Origin: Tubiluchus corallicola
Lineage: Eukaryota > Animalia > Priapulida
DNA length: 64,000 nucleotides
Assembly: GCA_030141605.1 (NCBI GenBank)
Contig: JAQGDQ010000098.1
Coordinates: forward strand, 186,001-250,000
Direction: 5' to 3'
Below the pieces are notes generated by a model. It saw nothing but the letters and a program-made list of their open reading frames with translations. It had not been told where the DNA came from and ran no database searches. The position numbers were made by a program, and so were the translations under genes. Position 1 is the first letter of the stretch. Each line of letters begins with the position of its first letter. Below are positions 1-64,000 of the stretch, piece after piece.

Positions 1-779
1 ATTGCTATAAAGTAATATAATTTTTAAGGCGATTTTTCTGAAACCTATAGGTACCCCTTTTCTTGTCCTTTAACGTTTACGTAAAAATGCTTATACACGC
101 GAAGCGGGCAGGGGCTCGCTTTTCAAACGCATTTACATCAGAGTAATGTTCTACTCAATACTCTCAAAAAATAAATGCTTCAAAAACACTCTACGCACCT
201 CGACCAGGACAACTTCAGGGTTTGAGCTAAAATACACAGGACGAGGAGTTTCATCAAAACTCGCGCAATTTGAAAAGAAAACTATAGATAGATTTCGTTT
301 ACTCACTCATTTAATTATTTTTTTATACGTGTATTTGTTTATGTGCTTCGAGATTTAGTTACTTAAAAGATTGTGTACTTATATATTTACATGATTATTC
401 GATTATTTATCCATTTATTTTATTTATTTATTTATTATACTTCTGATTTATGTAGTAAGTGTGAAATAAAGGCAAACAATGACAATGCAGGAGTTTAAAA
501 GTACACGACAGTTAATTTACAAACAATATTTTTTATTTATGGCGTGTCTTATAATGTAATGATACCCCTATACAAAAAAACGAAACAGCACTTCTTTATG
601 AAACAGAAATATTAAAAAATAACAGAATGTAGCAACTTTTCTCTGGTATTTTCACAAAAGACCAACTTGCACAGCACGGTGATCTGGAAAGGAAGTATAT
701 TACCATAACCAAGATGATCCTCTCACAATAGACGATGGTTCAATAGAATAGCATGCGTGTTCTGAGTCGACGTTAACTT

Positions 780-1020
780 TTTCAAGACATTAGAGTTGTG
801 CACGAGTATCAATAGAGCCTTGTTCCGGCAGACTTGCGTGCATTCAGTCCCAAAGCTTTCATGAAACCAGCTGGCATTTAATTATCCCATCCTCCCATTC
901 ATGAAAATTATCGAGTTGCAATGCGTGCTAGTGCGCATGGGCCGAGCAGTATTCTGATTTCCCGGCACGTGGTTCATCGGAAATATTCGGCTATTTTCAG
1001 ACGTGCTGTGATTTGCGGAT
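780..1020 (+). promoter_or_regulatory. Possible core promoter / 5' UTR region of the Dscam gene
   Basis: Locally more CpG-rich stretch just upstream of exon 1, with an Inr-like TCAGTC (844-849), TGCGCATG (~932) and an E-box CACGTG (~966). Motif match only. Confidence 0.3.
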
Positions 1021-1225
1021 ACTGCTTTTTTGTGAGAAAGAAAGAACTACAAATTGTTGTAAAATGACGAAGTTTAAAATTTGTAAAAAAAATGTCAGAA
1101 GTTGCTTTAATAATACTCAGAAATTAAAATACTGAATAAACAAATGTGCCAAAGAATGTTAAAAGTTATAAAATGTGTGTAACTACCAAAGTCCATAGCA
1201 AACGGATAGAAGAAATCAACCGGAA

Positions 1226-63710
<62,485 letters not shown>

Positions 63711-64000
63711 ACTTAGTTCTTCTCTCTTTAGTACGCCTCCTCGGCGTTGAAATAAGAATTTACATAAACATAACTACATAAATATACATATGTGGAATGA
63801 AGCAAAAGAAGTCAGGGAAACAATCTTCAGGTGAGGAATTTCGTAGATTAGAGGCTAGAATAAAAAACAGGATTCATGAGCTGAACTGTGCAGCCTATCC
63901 CACTTCGAACAAGCTGTCGGTATTTAGCAACTAGCAAAGAAAGGTCCAGAGAGATCCCCATAAAAGTAGCAATAAATGAAGATTAATTTTTTTATACATC

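Overview
AT-rich animal (invertebrate) genomic DNA occupied almost end to end by one + strand gene, a Dscam (Down syndrome cell adhesion molecule) family receptor. By reading GT..AG boundaries and codon phases I reconstruct 30 coding exons from ATG 1226 to TAG 63710 (5319 nt, about 1772 aa). The architecture is signal peptide, 9 Ig, 4 FNIII, Ig, 2 FNIII, TM and a cytoplasmic tail of about 140 aa. Exons 2-29 join in phase. Exon 1 (23.4 kb upstream) and the final stop are less certain. I saw no clusters of mutually exclusive Ig2/Ig3/Ig7 exons. The introns hold microsatellites, four copies of a TTAA-flanked Kolobok-like MITE, a hAT-like MITE, CR1/L2-like and other LINE remnants, and a decayed Gypsy element with a nested LINE fragment. 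The most unusual structures are: a 5-copy tandem amplification of the FN5 exon splice donor; a palindromic element whose half-copy brackets the Ig2-Ig3 exons; complementary simple repeats around the Ig2 C-half exon; and an inverted repeat with ~560 bp arms in intron 1. All functional interpretations of these are inference and need RNA data. The host species cannot be identified from the sequence alone.
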